Source: Anthoceros angustus (taxonomy: Eukaryota > Plantae > Anthocerotophyta). Taken from it: 64,000 nucleotides of DNA. The position numbers were made by a program, and so were the translations under genes. Positions within the stretch are counted from its first letter, which is position 1. Each line of letters starts with the position of its first letter. The notes below the pieces were generated by a model. The model had not been told where the DNA came from. It searched no databases and saw nothing but the letters and a program-made list of their open reading frames with translations. This document shows positions 12,557 through 24,651 of the stretch, one piece after another. The stretch is from NCBI GenBank assembly GCA_010909165.1, contig MU008165.1, positions 248,001 through 312,000 of the forward strand, written 5' to 3'.

Positions 12557-14160
12557 GGAGCCCGGCGCCTTTTGACAACCGGCCCGCCCGCCCCAGCTTC
12601 AACCATTGCTTGTACGTCCATCAACAGACTTAGCTAAGTATGATAGTGCAAACATAAGTTATATAGTTGGTAACTACTCGTCCTCGTGACATCCATGTAG
12701 GTTCCACTCTATACCACCTTCATCATGTTATGATTCATTGGCAAAATAATTTGGCAATCTGTGAGTTGTGTCTCAACTGAGAAATTGAGCATGGCCTATT
12801 AGGTAGCTCACTTGGTTAGATACCTGCATGTATGCCAACGAAGCCCTGCAATTCACACGTGACAGAGGGCTTTGGCCTATCACACAGCCGCTGCCCATGA
12901 GGAATCCGACTCCTGTGAAGCCTGCGCATATGCATTCAAGCATCGTCACCTCTTTCGGAGTTGCGAGGCCTTTGCCTCACGCGGTCAAGAAAGGGGTTTC
13001 GGTTGCACACCGCACGCCCTAGCTCGGATGTGCAAGCGATACCGTAAGGGTTTGCTGCATAAGCTAGGCCTGCTGCGATGACTACGCTGCGACAGTGTGG
13101 CAAGGCTCTGAGGGTTCCGGATCGCGCGACGTAGGCTGACCCGCACGATCGATGGATCGATCCGGAACCCGGTCTGCCACTATTCCCAGCGGGATAAAGT
13201 TGAGGTCTGCTGAACTAATCCGTATATGTATGTCGTGCAACAGGCTGCCATGCCACCAGTAGGAGTGGACGTGTGAAGACTGCGGACAATCCAGGGTCGG
13301 CTGGCAAGCTGGATGTAGTGTCAGTGCCTACTGCGCGCACTTGTGGCGCCCGACTCGGTCACTGCACAAGTGCGCGCGGCTTTCGAGGGCCCCTTCCTAA
13401 ACCGTAACACCGTCAAGAGATGTCAAAGACCGCTCATTCGACAAGGTCGTGTTCGGAGGGGGTACGGATTCGGAATCGTAATCAACTTGAAACGTAAAAG
13501 TCGGGGATATTCTTCCGGGAGCTCATCAGCGAGTATGTAGTAGTCTACCTTACTGTCTTGCAATGTTTCTGTCCAATACTTGAATGCCCGTTCCAATGTT
13601 GCCTCCAGCTCTCTTCAAATAATGGACGATTGTTTGCCTTCCTTCTTTGCTGCCAGCAAGGAAAGCAAACCAGCACGAGTCTTCAATTCAAGAGAACCAA
13701 GATAAACGGGTTTTTCAATCCAGATGTGGCTAGCCACACTTGCACACACATTGGGCCAACATGAATATACTGGAAATTGTGAACACAGCAAAGATAGAAA
13801 GAACAAATGCGCTGGACAGGGCACGAACTTGTATTGAGCAAGCTCATGCAGTCAAGAGCCCACAGAGGATAGATACATCCTTGGAACCACTCAAATCAGT
13901 GCACAACACTGAATGGCCGCAGGATTACAAGGATGAGTGACCCGGCACATTGAAGCTTACCACAAGCTTGCATTAATGTCGGCGGATTGGCTAGCCAGAA
14001 CTAAGCTAACTCTTGGAAGAAGGTCTTTCCCTCTATATCGTCACAAAGTAGCAGACGAAGTCCAAATGGCAAATGGCTTTAGTCAAAATGACACAAATTT
14101 ATAAGAACGGCGTTATTAAGCATCCTGCGCTTGGATCGGTACTTAGATGGGGTTCCTAAA

Positions 14161-14305
14161 GGAATGGATGCCCCTGGTGCAAGTAGCTTAAGCACACCAT
14201 GGTAGAAAGGGAATGGATGCCCTTGGTGCAAGTAGCTTAAGCACACCATGGTAGAAAGGGAATGAATGCCCTTGGTGCAAGTAGCTTAAGCACACCATTG
14301 TAGAA
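14161..14305. repeat. 49-bp tandem repeat x3
   Basis: GGAATGRATGCCC starts at 14161, 14210 and 14259. Confidence 0.9.
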
Positions 14306-14628
14306 GTTGTCAAGTACCAAGTCCCATGACGGAAATTTGCTTAGAGGACTTAAATAAAATTTTCCTTCTTCTTTCACAATTCCAAAACCAAAAGTAATCC
14401 AAAAGTTCTACCTACTTCTAACAATATGGGTCCTTCGAAATGTGTTGGAGAACTACTTGTGCACAACGCAAGCAGACCGGAAGCAAAATCAAAGCTTCTC
14501 AGATCTGCTCACATATCCTAAAGACGATTCTCAGTCCTCTGAAAGTGCACAACGCAAACAGACCGGGAGCAAAATCGAAGCTTCTCAGATCTGCTCGCAG
14601 ACCCCAAATATTGGGCCGAGCACTGACC

Positions 14629-15404
14629 TTAGTAGGGCCTCTGTCCTATGAAGTTCCCTGGTGGGTTGTAGCTACAGATGATGAAGACGGAAGAATCTAA
14701 ACAGTTAATTGTGGCACATCCCAGATGGGTGGTCGAATTCCACACAACCTGCAGCCCGTCCTACAGGTAAGCCAATTTGAAAGCGGAATGTGGAGCACAG
14801 TTCAAGCAGGACGAGAATTCCAACAACGACAATGAATGAAAGATGGCAAAAGCGAGTGCGGGGAAACAGGTACTACCTGAGTGTAATGCCCACACATCTG
14901 GCCTGACTCGCAGCTGTTAGTGGCATAGTCGTAGTACTTCTCCTCATTCGTCCAACTCCACATTGCATCACCCGCGTTGTAGGAAGCGTCAGGGCCCCAG
15001 AACAGATTCTCGCCGTACTCGTTATTGGAGTGCACCAGATTGCAGTTGTCCGTGTCCCGCTGATGGTTTCCCCAAAACCTCGCGTAATCTTCCAGCACGG
15101 AGTCCCAGCTCAGAGGAGGCAGCGATTTCTTTGCTCGGGCAGCGTTGTGCGGATCCAAAAACGACTGCTGGTAAGCGATGTCAGACGAGGAAGACAAGGA
15201 CGGTAGAGCAGGAGCTGGAGAGCTGGGAGTGCTGTAGACTGGTGGTGGCGATCCCGAGACCTTGGAAGCATGCTGATGGAACTTGGTGCTTCCGATCTTG
15301 CGGGACTGGAATGCTGCAATGCTGGATCCGTCCGCGACTGCCAGTGCGACCAGGAATCCCAATGCCAGGGCAGACAGGGAGATCGGGGAGAGGGAGGTCC
15401 TCAT
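14629..15404 (-). CDS. PR1: PR-1-like CAP/SCP protein A, about 215 aa, signal peptide; exons 15404-14877 and 14748-14629
   Basis: Hydrophobic N-terminus; HNAARA, YGENLFW, CGHYTQ/VVW across a GT-AG intron; C-terminus CSYNPPGNFIGQRPY*. Confidence 0.92.
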
Positions 15405-16013
15405 GGTGGGCGCTGGGCAGTACTGCACTGAGCAGATATTCTGAAGCTGGAGCCGCTCAGACCATGCACTGGCCTGATCAGACTGCAGTTCCAGCGGCTG
15501 AAGCAGGTCGTTGAAGGCAAGAGGAGGAGAAGAGGAGACCACAGGTAGCGAGATGGATTGAATGCAGGACCTGGGGATGTGGCTGTGTTTAAATGCAGCA
15601 GCAGCGGCGTCCATCTTGGGCCTTCCCTGCTGAGACGCAGTGGCGCGAAAGCCAGCCGCGCCTAGTGCCTTCGTTTTTCCGGGCCGGACTGGCAGTGTGG
15701 CTCGGCTGCTCTTCTCTTCACATTTGTTATGGCCACGCAGCAAAATGTCAATTTCCGAGCACATGGAATGAATCATGGATGTCTCACTCGTCACCCACGG
15801 AGACCTCCGAGTGTTGTTGCTGTTATACTGCCCCCAAGGGCAATCGGAGACAAACATCGCCAAGCAAGAGAAACATGTCGCCAATGCGAACTCACATGAG
15901 AATGGCCAATGAGAGAGAACCATGCCGCCAATCAAGCCTCACATCAGAATGTGCCAATGAGAGAGGATCTATCTCGGCAGCCTCACATAAGAATGGGCCA
16001 ATCCGACACGGGG

Positions 16014-17236
16014 CCGACCGAATGGGGGGCTTCAAGTTTTGGTGGGAGGGATCGGCCCCCTTCATCTGTCGGATTCAACCTGGCGCGTGGAGATGGTCGA
16101 ATACTTGTCCGGAGGATGAAACCATTACTTCAAAGTCACTTCTTAACGTGAAGGATTCTATGCCGCAGGAGTTTCATAAAATAAATGAACAGACTTCTGG
16201 TGAAGGATTCTATGCCGCAGGAGTTTCATAAAATAAATGAACAGACTTCTGGTGAAGGATTCTATGCCGCAGGAGTTTCATAAAATTGCTGCAAAGTATC
16301 AAGTTAGATCTGCTCTCCATTCTCATATCCTGAGATGGTTTGGAAAAGCCCAGGCGTGCTAGAACGTCACAGGTGCACTCTTTGGCAAATACTACGTACT
16401 GCTCTTCCAAATGCAGACAGATTGAATGGTTTCTTTGAAGCTATAAGCTGCCTCTCCTGCACTATTTGCAGCTCGGGACAAGAGCATACCCGTGAGCATA
16501 TCTTTTACAGGTGCACCCTTGCACAAAAAGTATGGTTGCAGATCCTCTCATGGATTCGTAAGATTATGAAGGACATGAATCTGTCTATATCCGAGTTCAC
16601 TGTGCTCTTTGGATTGGATGGTGATTCTGGAAAAGCCTGGCTATCAGGACAATGGTGGCCTGTGCTTCGTGCCACTACCATTCATGTTCTGTGGGTCCAC
16701 TGGACGGCCGTGATTTTCAAGGGAGATGATCCTACAACGTGCAACAAAGTTGCACTGCCAGATTTGGGCGTCTGTACTTTTCAGTGCTGCTGGGTTGCTT
16801 AAGGATAAACCGAAGCGATTCAAATCGAGGGATTGGCAAAACGCTAGTTTCTTGATTTCTCTCCTCCAGGACACTGATGAGAGAAGATTCGGGCTGCGCA
16901 TGGAGGGGGATGGACCTGAGCGAAGGAGGATCCCGGCTTTGTGGTGCCATCACTGCCCATTCTTATGTCCACCATAATTAGTGGAGTGCTTGGGTGGTGT
17001 GCTCAGCTAACTATATGGTATGAAGTATGAGATGGTGGGAGGTGTTTGAGTAAGGAGCTCCTTGGGGGCCTGCCACTTTATTCCTATTTCTGTGTTCTAT
17101 GCTGGCCGCGATATGTTGGCCCGGCCTGCTTGGTCACTTGCTCGACTTGTTGCCTCTGGCTGACCCCTGCTTTTGCTCCTGGTGAGCTGTACGATCACAT
17201 CCATTTATAAAGTGCTGTATAAATTCCTCTAAAAAA
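16014..17236 (+). mobile_element. 5'-truncated L1-like LINE fragment (zf-RVT C-terminus)
   Basis: 14-bp TSD AATCCGACACGGGG at 16000-16013 and 17237-17250; short A-tail before the second copy; ORF 16335-16802 with CTIC...EHIFYRC...VW; absent from the paralogous arm (about 21195-21225). Confidence 0.85.
16148..16285. repeat. 52-bp tandem repeat, about 2.7 copies, inside the LINE fragment
   Basis: GTGAAGGATTCTATGCC at 16148, 16200 and 16252. Confidence 0.92.
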
Positions 17237-17488
17237 AATCCGACACGGGGACGAGTTTTATATTGAAATCCAAACCCAACATACCGAAGATAATCCAAAA
17301 GTCTCATGGCCTTTGGTTGATCACATGACTTCATGACGTCATGTCAAGTCCTGTCATGCCCATGTCCATGGATTGCTAGGATGTATATGATCAGGATAAA
17401 TCTTTTTATTCAATAGATATATATATTAAAAAATATTTAAATTAGTAAACGTCTTCCATCTAATTATCAAGCTCCCTATCACTTTAAT

Positions 17489-18232
17489 AGAAGATATTTG
17501 TGTTTTATTGAGGAAAAAACGATGGGGAAAAACCCATTCAGCACGAGATAATGAAGGTGGACCTCGTGGGTCAAGGCGGAAAAGAGCGACTAAGCTCTTA
17601 CCTAAAGTTACCTATTGCTCCTAGAACATCATATGCAGAAAGAACAAATCGCTTGCAAATGACGGAGGAAGAGGAAGAAGCGTCACTTGCCGCCACCACC
17701 TTGTGAAGGATTGCCATCGAGATGGCCCTTTGAAGGGCAATGGAGACTCGTTGTCTGAAGTAAGCTGTGAAATAAGAAAGGGGCAACCCCGCGCCATGCT
17801 TGCGGGCGTGGTAGGATTTGGCACATGACTTGAGTAATTGATCGAAGTCCGTAGCCATAGCCCCATACATTTCAAGTGCGAGCAAAATAAAGAAGTGGCC
17901 CACTTGTATCCCGTTATACTTTCTGACCTTGAGAGCCTGACCGTGGCAATAACGGGCAGTTAATGATAACTGGCGGAGATGGTGTCTCCAGCAAGGTCAG
18001 TAACCACGACGTCCGCCATCGAAACCTGGTCACCGCGGACAAAATACAAGTCAGCCCTGATTGAGTGACCTGTTCGAAGAGTGTACCCTCGCTCCCTCTA
18101 GGCCATACAGCTGCTTTCTCGAGCTATGGCAAACATGACATCGCGGATAGCGTCGTGGGTGGCGATGCGATGACCCCATGGGGACAACGAGCAAGGTGTA
18201 CACCAGAGTCATCGAGGGCAGAGCCGCACTCG
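17489..18232 (-). mobile_element. 5'-truncated non-LTR retrotransposon with zinc knuckle and restriction-like endonuclease (CRE/R2-type)
   Basis: Minus-strand translation across a frameshift and a stop: CECGSALDDSGVHLARCPH..HRIATHDAIRD, RADLYF...DVVVTD, ALEMYGA...FRQRVSIALQRA. 9-bp TSD CACTTTAAT at 17480-17488 and 18233-18241. Confidence 0.82.
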
Positions 18233-20044
18233 CACTTTAATTAGCCGACACGTGTTCTATCAATTAACAAAATTTTATTTCATTAATTACTTAAGTTTTA
18301 ACTAGTAGTCACTTAGCTTATGAGTTAGCTAAGTTTGATTCCATAATTACTCAGCCTGCTAATTTTTTTAATATTTATCATCTCTTTAATTAAATTAAGT
18401 TAATTTATATTATTTTTAATTTTAGCCAAATCCTCAATCCTGTGTTGTAGAAATCGAACAATTAGCACATCTCTATGTTGTTACATTATAGTCCGCAGCT
18501 TTCTCAACAACGATCTCTTTCATTTACCGATTGCTTCGATTACGCAATATCATGTTACCTCCATACTTATTGCTTAGATTGTACATTATTATGTAAGCTT
18601 CAGGTTAAAACAATTTATTATGTATCTATTTGTAGTGACAATATGCATATGGTGCAAGCCTCCACATTGTGCAAGGGCCACCACAATAGCAATGTGTGTT
18701 AGAAGTCAGACTCAGTGATCTTTGATTTGATGTTCTAATAAAGGTTGCACCATGACCTTGAAAAGGGATTGCACACATACCGTTCATATGCAACGTTAAG
18801 AGTACCAAGCTTATGAATATTTTCAGCAAATGTTCTAGCAATAGCAAATGCTGAGTATGTAACACCGCTTTCGTTCAAGTGCTGCTCAAGGTACTCTGGG
18901 TCACTTACAGTTTATATTTGATGTTGAGAGTACCAAGCTTACGAAGATTTTCAGCATTCCGAGCAGTACCATGTGTTGAGTGTGCAACGCCACTTGAGTT
19001 AAAGTGTGGTCCTTGTAAGAAAGGGGGAGACTTGACGTAGAAAGAAAAAAGATGGAAAAAATACCATCTACACCGAAAAAAAAAAGGGGGTCAACCCAAC
19101 AAAGGGCACCAGGCCAAAGGGGATTAACCCCCGCGATCGCTGTTCTCAAAACTACCTACCGCCCTAAGAATCTCGTGAACGGGGATAAGAAAGGCACACC
19201 ATGGTCGCCAACGCCCTCTTCAGGGCGATGGACACCCGTTGCCTGAAGAAAGACAAAATACAAGAAAGGGGGAGACCAACCCCATTATTCCTGCGATCGT
19301 GGTAAGCCTTAGCGCAGGCCTTGAGGAACTTCGAGAAATCCTGACCTTGGCCCCATGTGTCTCGATTCGCTCCTTCCGAAACCGGTCCACAAGCCCACTC
19401 CGCAACAACATGTGTCAGGTCATGCTGATTATTCTTGGAAGAGTCTTCCGCGCAAACTTCTCTCCATTCTCCCCCAACTTGGAAATTCCTTCAGCAATGC
19501 GAGCCCACTTCCACCATCTTCCACTCCCGCTCTCGTTCCTTCCCCCCGCTCCATAATAACATTATGCCCGCAGTGGTAACAACATCTTTGCACTGACTAG
19601 GAGGATCCCAAAGGGTTTTACAACAACTACGACTTATTGCGACAAGATGACAACGATTGTACATCATGGATCGTATATGAGATGGCCCCGAAGAGATTCA
19701 CAATAGCAGCCTTTTTTGTGGCCGAGACAACAAAGATTATATATTAGGTGGTCTCGAAAGGGATTCAAAATCGCAGATCTTTTTGCGGGAAAAGCAATTG
19801 CAGAGAGTTTTTCACAACAACAACCCTTTCGTGGCCAATTTATTCTGTTAATGAACCTTGGCTTGTACAATGAGGGTGGACGCAAAGCGTGAAGCCTAGA
19901 TGGATGTCGAGAGGAAGAGGTATTACGTATATGGTTTATTATTGCACTATCATACTTAGGTCTGCTGATGGACATAAATGCATGATGGTTGAAACAGGGA
20001 GCTGCGTGGACCGTAAGTAAGAAAAGGGTGTGCGGTTGTTAGTT

Positions 20045-20290
20045 TTTATGCGCCTTTATCATTTCTCCTGGTCAGCATATCTCTCGAGTTACCAAGTTTT
20101 GATGACATAGCCAAACCAGCTCCCCTGAATAGTAGTTCGATAATAGCTAGAAGCAATAGTTCGTTCAATGGCGGTTTGGGTTGTTTATGACGCTTTCAGG
20201 TATATAACATGCTTGTCTTTACAAAAGAATTCATGTGTGTATTTCAAATGCTTTTTATATGGCCTACTATCATACCATATATAAAATAGT
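20045..20290 (-). repeat. Inverted paralogue of the Copia pre-insertion site (empty site)
   Basis: The reverse complement joins the sequence left of 7262 to the sequence right of 12286 with a single GAACT (AGTTC at 20134-20138). Confidence 0.8.
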
Positions 20291-20339
20291 GGATTTACAT
20301 ATAGATGCGATGCAACTTAGGGATTTCTTCATCTTCGAA

Positions 20340-23300
20340 AACCAGGGTGGTGCTTACAAGGAGCACACTATAACCTAAGCGCCATTACATGCATACTCAG
20401 CACTTGGTACTGTGGGGAATACTGAAAATCTTTATAAGCTTGGTACTCTCTACATCGAATATAAATGGTATGTGTACAATCCCTTTTCAAGATCATGGTC
20501 TGACCTTCATTAGAACATCAAATCAAAGATCACTCAGTCTGACTCCAACCACACATTGCTATTGAGGTGGCCCTTGCACAATGTGGACAGTGCCACTACA
20601 AATAGATATATAACACAATGTTCTAACCTAGAGGCTACATAATATTGTGTAATTGAAGCCATAGGTAAAAGAAAGAGAAGTTGATTTCGTTTAAAAGAAA
20701 GAGAAGGTTGTTTTCTTATTGAGAAAGCTAGGGACGTTATTGCAACAGCATAAACGGGCTAATTCTTTGATTTCTACATCATAAGAATTAAGCTTAAAAT
20801 AAAAATTATAGTAATTAACTTAATTGAATTAAATAGACGATAGATATTAACAAATTAGCAGATGAGTAATGGTGGAATCAAACTTAGCTAACTTATAGGA
20901 TACGTGATGCTAGTTAAAACTTAAGTAATTTATGAAATAAATATGTATTAACTAACAGATACCTATTTGCTAATTAATGTGACAATAGAGTTTGATAATT
21001 AAATGATGAATGTTTGCTTAAATAAGATAAATCTTATCTAAGATATATTTTATTAATTTAAAAATATTATATCTTAATCATATATCCTAGCAATCCATGG
21101 GCATGATATGACCAGAAATAAGTCATGGGATCACTCACAGGCCATGAGACCTTAGATTCTACGTGTGTTGGGGTTTGTGTCTGAAATCACAACTCAAAAT
21201 TCGTCTCGTGTATGTGATTGGCCCATTTTCCTGTGAGGCTGGCGAGATGATTCTCTCTGATTGCCCATTCTGAGATGATGTGAGGCGTCATCGGCGAGAT
21301 GATTCTCTCTGATTGGCCCATTCTCATGTGAGTCCGCATTGGCGAGATGTGTCTCTTGCTTGGCGAGATGTGGCACTTGCTTGGCGCGATGTTTCTCTCT
21401 AATTGCCCTTGGGAGGCAGTGCAACAGCAACAGCACTCGGAGGTCTCCGAAGAAAACAAAATGAGACCTACATGATCGATTCCATGTGCTCGGAAATGAC
21501 ATTTTTTTCTTGCTGGGTGGCCAGAACGTCTTAGAATAGCAGCAGCCGAGCCTGCCTGCTCCGGGTTCCGCCCGGAAACAGAAACGCACGATGAACGACG
21601 AGGTGCAGCGATCGCCTTGCCGCGCCAGCCGCTGCTGCTGCCTTTAAATCCAGCCGCATCCCACGACCTGCATTCAATCTATCTCCCTACCTGTACTGCC
21701 CTCTCCTCCTTCCTCCTCCTCCTCCCCCTGCTTCAGGGGCCGGGATTGCAGTCTGGTGTGGCCAGTGGATGGCAATCCAGATCTGAGCGGCTCCATCTCC
21801 ACAATCCACTACCGCCCACCATGAGGAGTTCCCTCTCCTCCCTAGCTGCCCTGGCATTGGGAGTACAAGTCCTGCTCGCAGTCGCGGATGGATCCGACAT
21901 GACAGCTTCGCTGGAGAACCAGAGATTCCACGCCCAGGCCGGGGATGCAATAGCGGAGCACAGGGTGTCGACAAGACGCGATCTAGATCATGCCGGCGAC
22001 TCCGACTCGCTGCTGCACCGATCCCTGCTCTCGCATTCCGAGACGTACGAGGGGTACAAGGACTTGGAGCCTAGGAAGCAAAAGAAGCAGACGAAGGTGA
22101 AGCCGAACTCAAAGCCGAAGCAGCTGCCGAGCGATCTGAAGAAGAAGACTTCTGGATCTAGCGAGCACTACTTCCAGTCCCGCAAGATCGGAAGCAAGAA
22201 GTTCCATCGCCATGATCCCAAGGTCTCGGGATCGCCACCACCGGTCTACAGCCCTCGCAGCTCTAGATCTTCTCCTCCTGCTCCCCATCCGCCTTACGAG
22301 CCCAAGTCGTCTCTGGCTCCGGCTTCGGCTCCTGCTCCTGCTCCAGCGCAGAAGAAGCCCAGCAGCAGGAAGGTCACTGGAGGGTACAGGCTTCCGTCCA
22401 GGCCTCCTCCTCTTGGAGCTTCCCGGGCGGATGCACCGTCCTCGTCTTCTTCGTCTGACATCGCTTACCAGCAGTCGTTTTTGGATCCGCACAACGCTGC
22501 CCGAGCAAAGAAGTCGCTGCCTCCTCTGAGCTGGGACCCCGTGCTGGAAGACTACGCTCAGCAGTGGGGAAACCATCAGCGGGACACGGACAACTGCAAT
22601 CTGGTGCACTCCGATGGGCATTACGGCGAGAATTTGTTCTGGGGCTCTGGGGCTCCCTACAACGCGGGTGATGCAGTGTGGACTTGGACGAATGAGGAGA
22701 AGTACTACGACTATGCCACTAACAGCTGCGCGGCAGGCCAGATGTGTGGGCATTACACTCAGGTACTACTTACTTCCCGCACTCGCTTTTGCCAAATTTC
22801 ATTCTGTGTTGTTGCTGGAATTCTCGTACAAGCCTGTTTGAATTGTGCTCTACATTCCGCTTTTAAAATTGGCTTACCCGTCGGACGGGCTGCAGGTTGT
22901 GTGGAAATCGACCACCCATCTGGGATGTGCTACAATCAGCTGTAAAGATTCCTCCATCTTCATCATCTGCAGCTACAACCCACCAGGGAACTACATAGGA
23001 GAGAAGCCTTACTAAGTTCAGTGCGCGGCATCTGGGTATGTGAGCAGATCTGAGAAGCTTTGATTTTGCTCCCGGTCTGCTTGCATTTTTGCACTCGTCG
23101 TTTTCAGAGGACCCAGATTGCTATTGGGGTAATGTGAGCAAATCTGTGAAGCTTTGATTTTGCTTCCGGTCTGCTTGCTTTGTGCATGTCAAGTAGTTTT
23201 TCAACACATTCCGTAGGACCCGAATTGTTAGAAGTTAGAACTTGGTGATTCTCTTTTGGCTTTTGGAATTGTGAAAGGTCTTCGTCTGCTACCCTAGCTG

Positions 23301-23760
23301 ACGGTACAGAGGGAAAGACCTTCCTCCAAGAGTCTAGAATTAGCTAGTCTGGCTAGCCAATCTGCCAGCATTGATGCTTACAAAGTGGTAAGCTTCAATG
23401 TTGCCGTGACTCATGCTTGTAATCTTGCGACCATTCAGTGTTGTGCACTGATTTGAGTTGTTGCGGATGTGTCCTTGAAGAGCTTCTAGAATTAGCATGA
23501 TTAGTCTGGCTAGCTAGCCAATCTGGCGGCTTTAGTGCAAGCTTGTGGTAAGCTTCCGTGTGCCTTGTCTCATCCTTGGTAATCTTGCGACCATTCAGTG
23601 CTGAGCACTGATTTGAGTTGTTGCGAGGATGTATCCCTCGTGGGCTCTTCATTAAATGAGCTTCGTCCATATGGGTTGGGTTCTTGATCTGTCCAGGGCA
23701 TTTGTTCTATCTTTGGTGTGTCCACAATTTCCATGCCTGTCAGCCCAATGTCAGTGCAAC
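20340..23760 (+). repeat. Right arm of the inverted duplication, carrying PR-1-like copy B
   Basis: Reverse complement of 13740-18950 without the two LINE insertions. Confidence 0.85.
21821..23015 (+). CDS. PR1: PR-1-like CAP/SCP protein B, about 353 aa, with extended basic/Pro-rich N-terminal region; exons 21821-22762 and 22896-23015
   Basis: Signal peptide; HNAARA, YGENLFW, CGHYTQ/VVW; GT-AG intron at the same position as in copy A; C-terminus CSYNPPGNYIGEKPY*. Confidence 0.92.
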
Positions 23761-23869
23761 TGTGGCTGGGAACGCACCTAGGAAAGACACCTTTAGACCG
23801 AGTCGACTCTAGTGACACAAAACCTGACAGGCGCTATTATTCTCTGGCTTATTGAGTAAGGGGCTCGTC

Positions 23870-24397
23870 CGCCATCTCTGATTGCCATATTCTCATGTGA
23901 AGCCGGATTGGCGGGATAATTCTCCTGTGCTTCGCAAGATGACTCTCTCGGATAAGCCCATTCTCATATGCCGCCACATTGGAGAGATGATTCACTTGAC
24001 TTCGCGAGATGTTTCTCTCTCATTCGTGGCTGGTGCAGACAGCACTCAGAGGTCTCCCATGGGAAACATCCATGATTCATTCCATGAGCTACAAATGAAA
24101 CTTTTCCTAGGTGACCATCAAAATTGGGAAACGCAGCCGAGCCACCCTGCTTTGAGTGGCCGCCCGGGAACAGGAAAGCACCAGGCGCGGCTGGCTTTCA
24201 CGCCACTGCGTCTCAGCAGGGAGGGCCCAAGATGGAAGCTGCTGCTGCTGCATTCAAATCCACCCACATCCCCACGTCCCGCATTCAATCCATCCCGCTG
24301 CCTGTGTTCTCCTCGTCTCCTCCTCCTGCCTTCGACGACCTACTTCGGCCGCTGGAATTCGGTCTGGTCTGGACGGTACATGGTCTGAGCGGCTCCA
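23870..24397 (+). promoter_or_regulatory. Orphan third copy of the PR-1 promoter/5' leader with no coding sequence
   Basis: Matches the upstream region of copy A (reverse complement of about 15450-16000), including repeated ATTGG/CCAAT-like boxes. Homology stops about 45 nt before the position of the ATG. Confidence 0.75.
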
Positions 24398-24651
24398 AAG
24401 GGCCTCGCTGGTATGCATGTAGGCCTGTAGACGTGTACAGCTGCCTGTAGATGTGTGCAGCAAGCTGCCATATGCATCAGGAGAGCGAGCAGCTTGCAAG
24501 AATTAGCCATTCCGCCTTGTCCCAGATTCCGCCTTCACAGAGCAGGCGAAAGACTAGCTTTCACCGGATTAACTACGCCCTTTCATCCTCGAAAGAAAAT
24601 GCAAAATTCTTCGGCGCACACACTTGAGCTCTGGGTAGTCCTCCCTTTTTC

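Larger units (their letters stand above)
13740..18950 (-). repeat. Left arm of an inverted segmental duplication carrying PR-1-like copy A (partner arm about 20340-23760)
   Basis: Reverse-complement matches: 13740-13990 with 23340-23760; the PR-1 gene and UTRs; 17250-17490 with 20980-21220; 18233-18950 with 20340-20980. Confidence 0.85.

Noticed and set aside
13343-13824. Possible Gypsy or other retroelement fragment on the minus strand
   Set aside because: Reads protein-like across stops, but no diagnostic RT, integrase or protease motif was found.
14802-15935. 377-aa and 442-aa ORF-track versions of the PR-1 genes (also 21617-22945)
   Set aside because: They run through 5' leaders and into introns. 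The spliced models starting at the signal-peptide ATGs fit the CAP family better.
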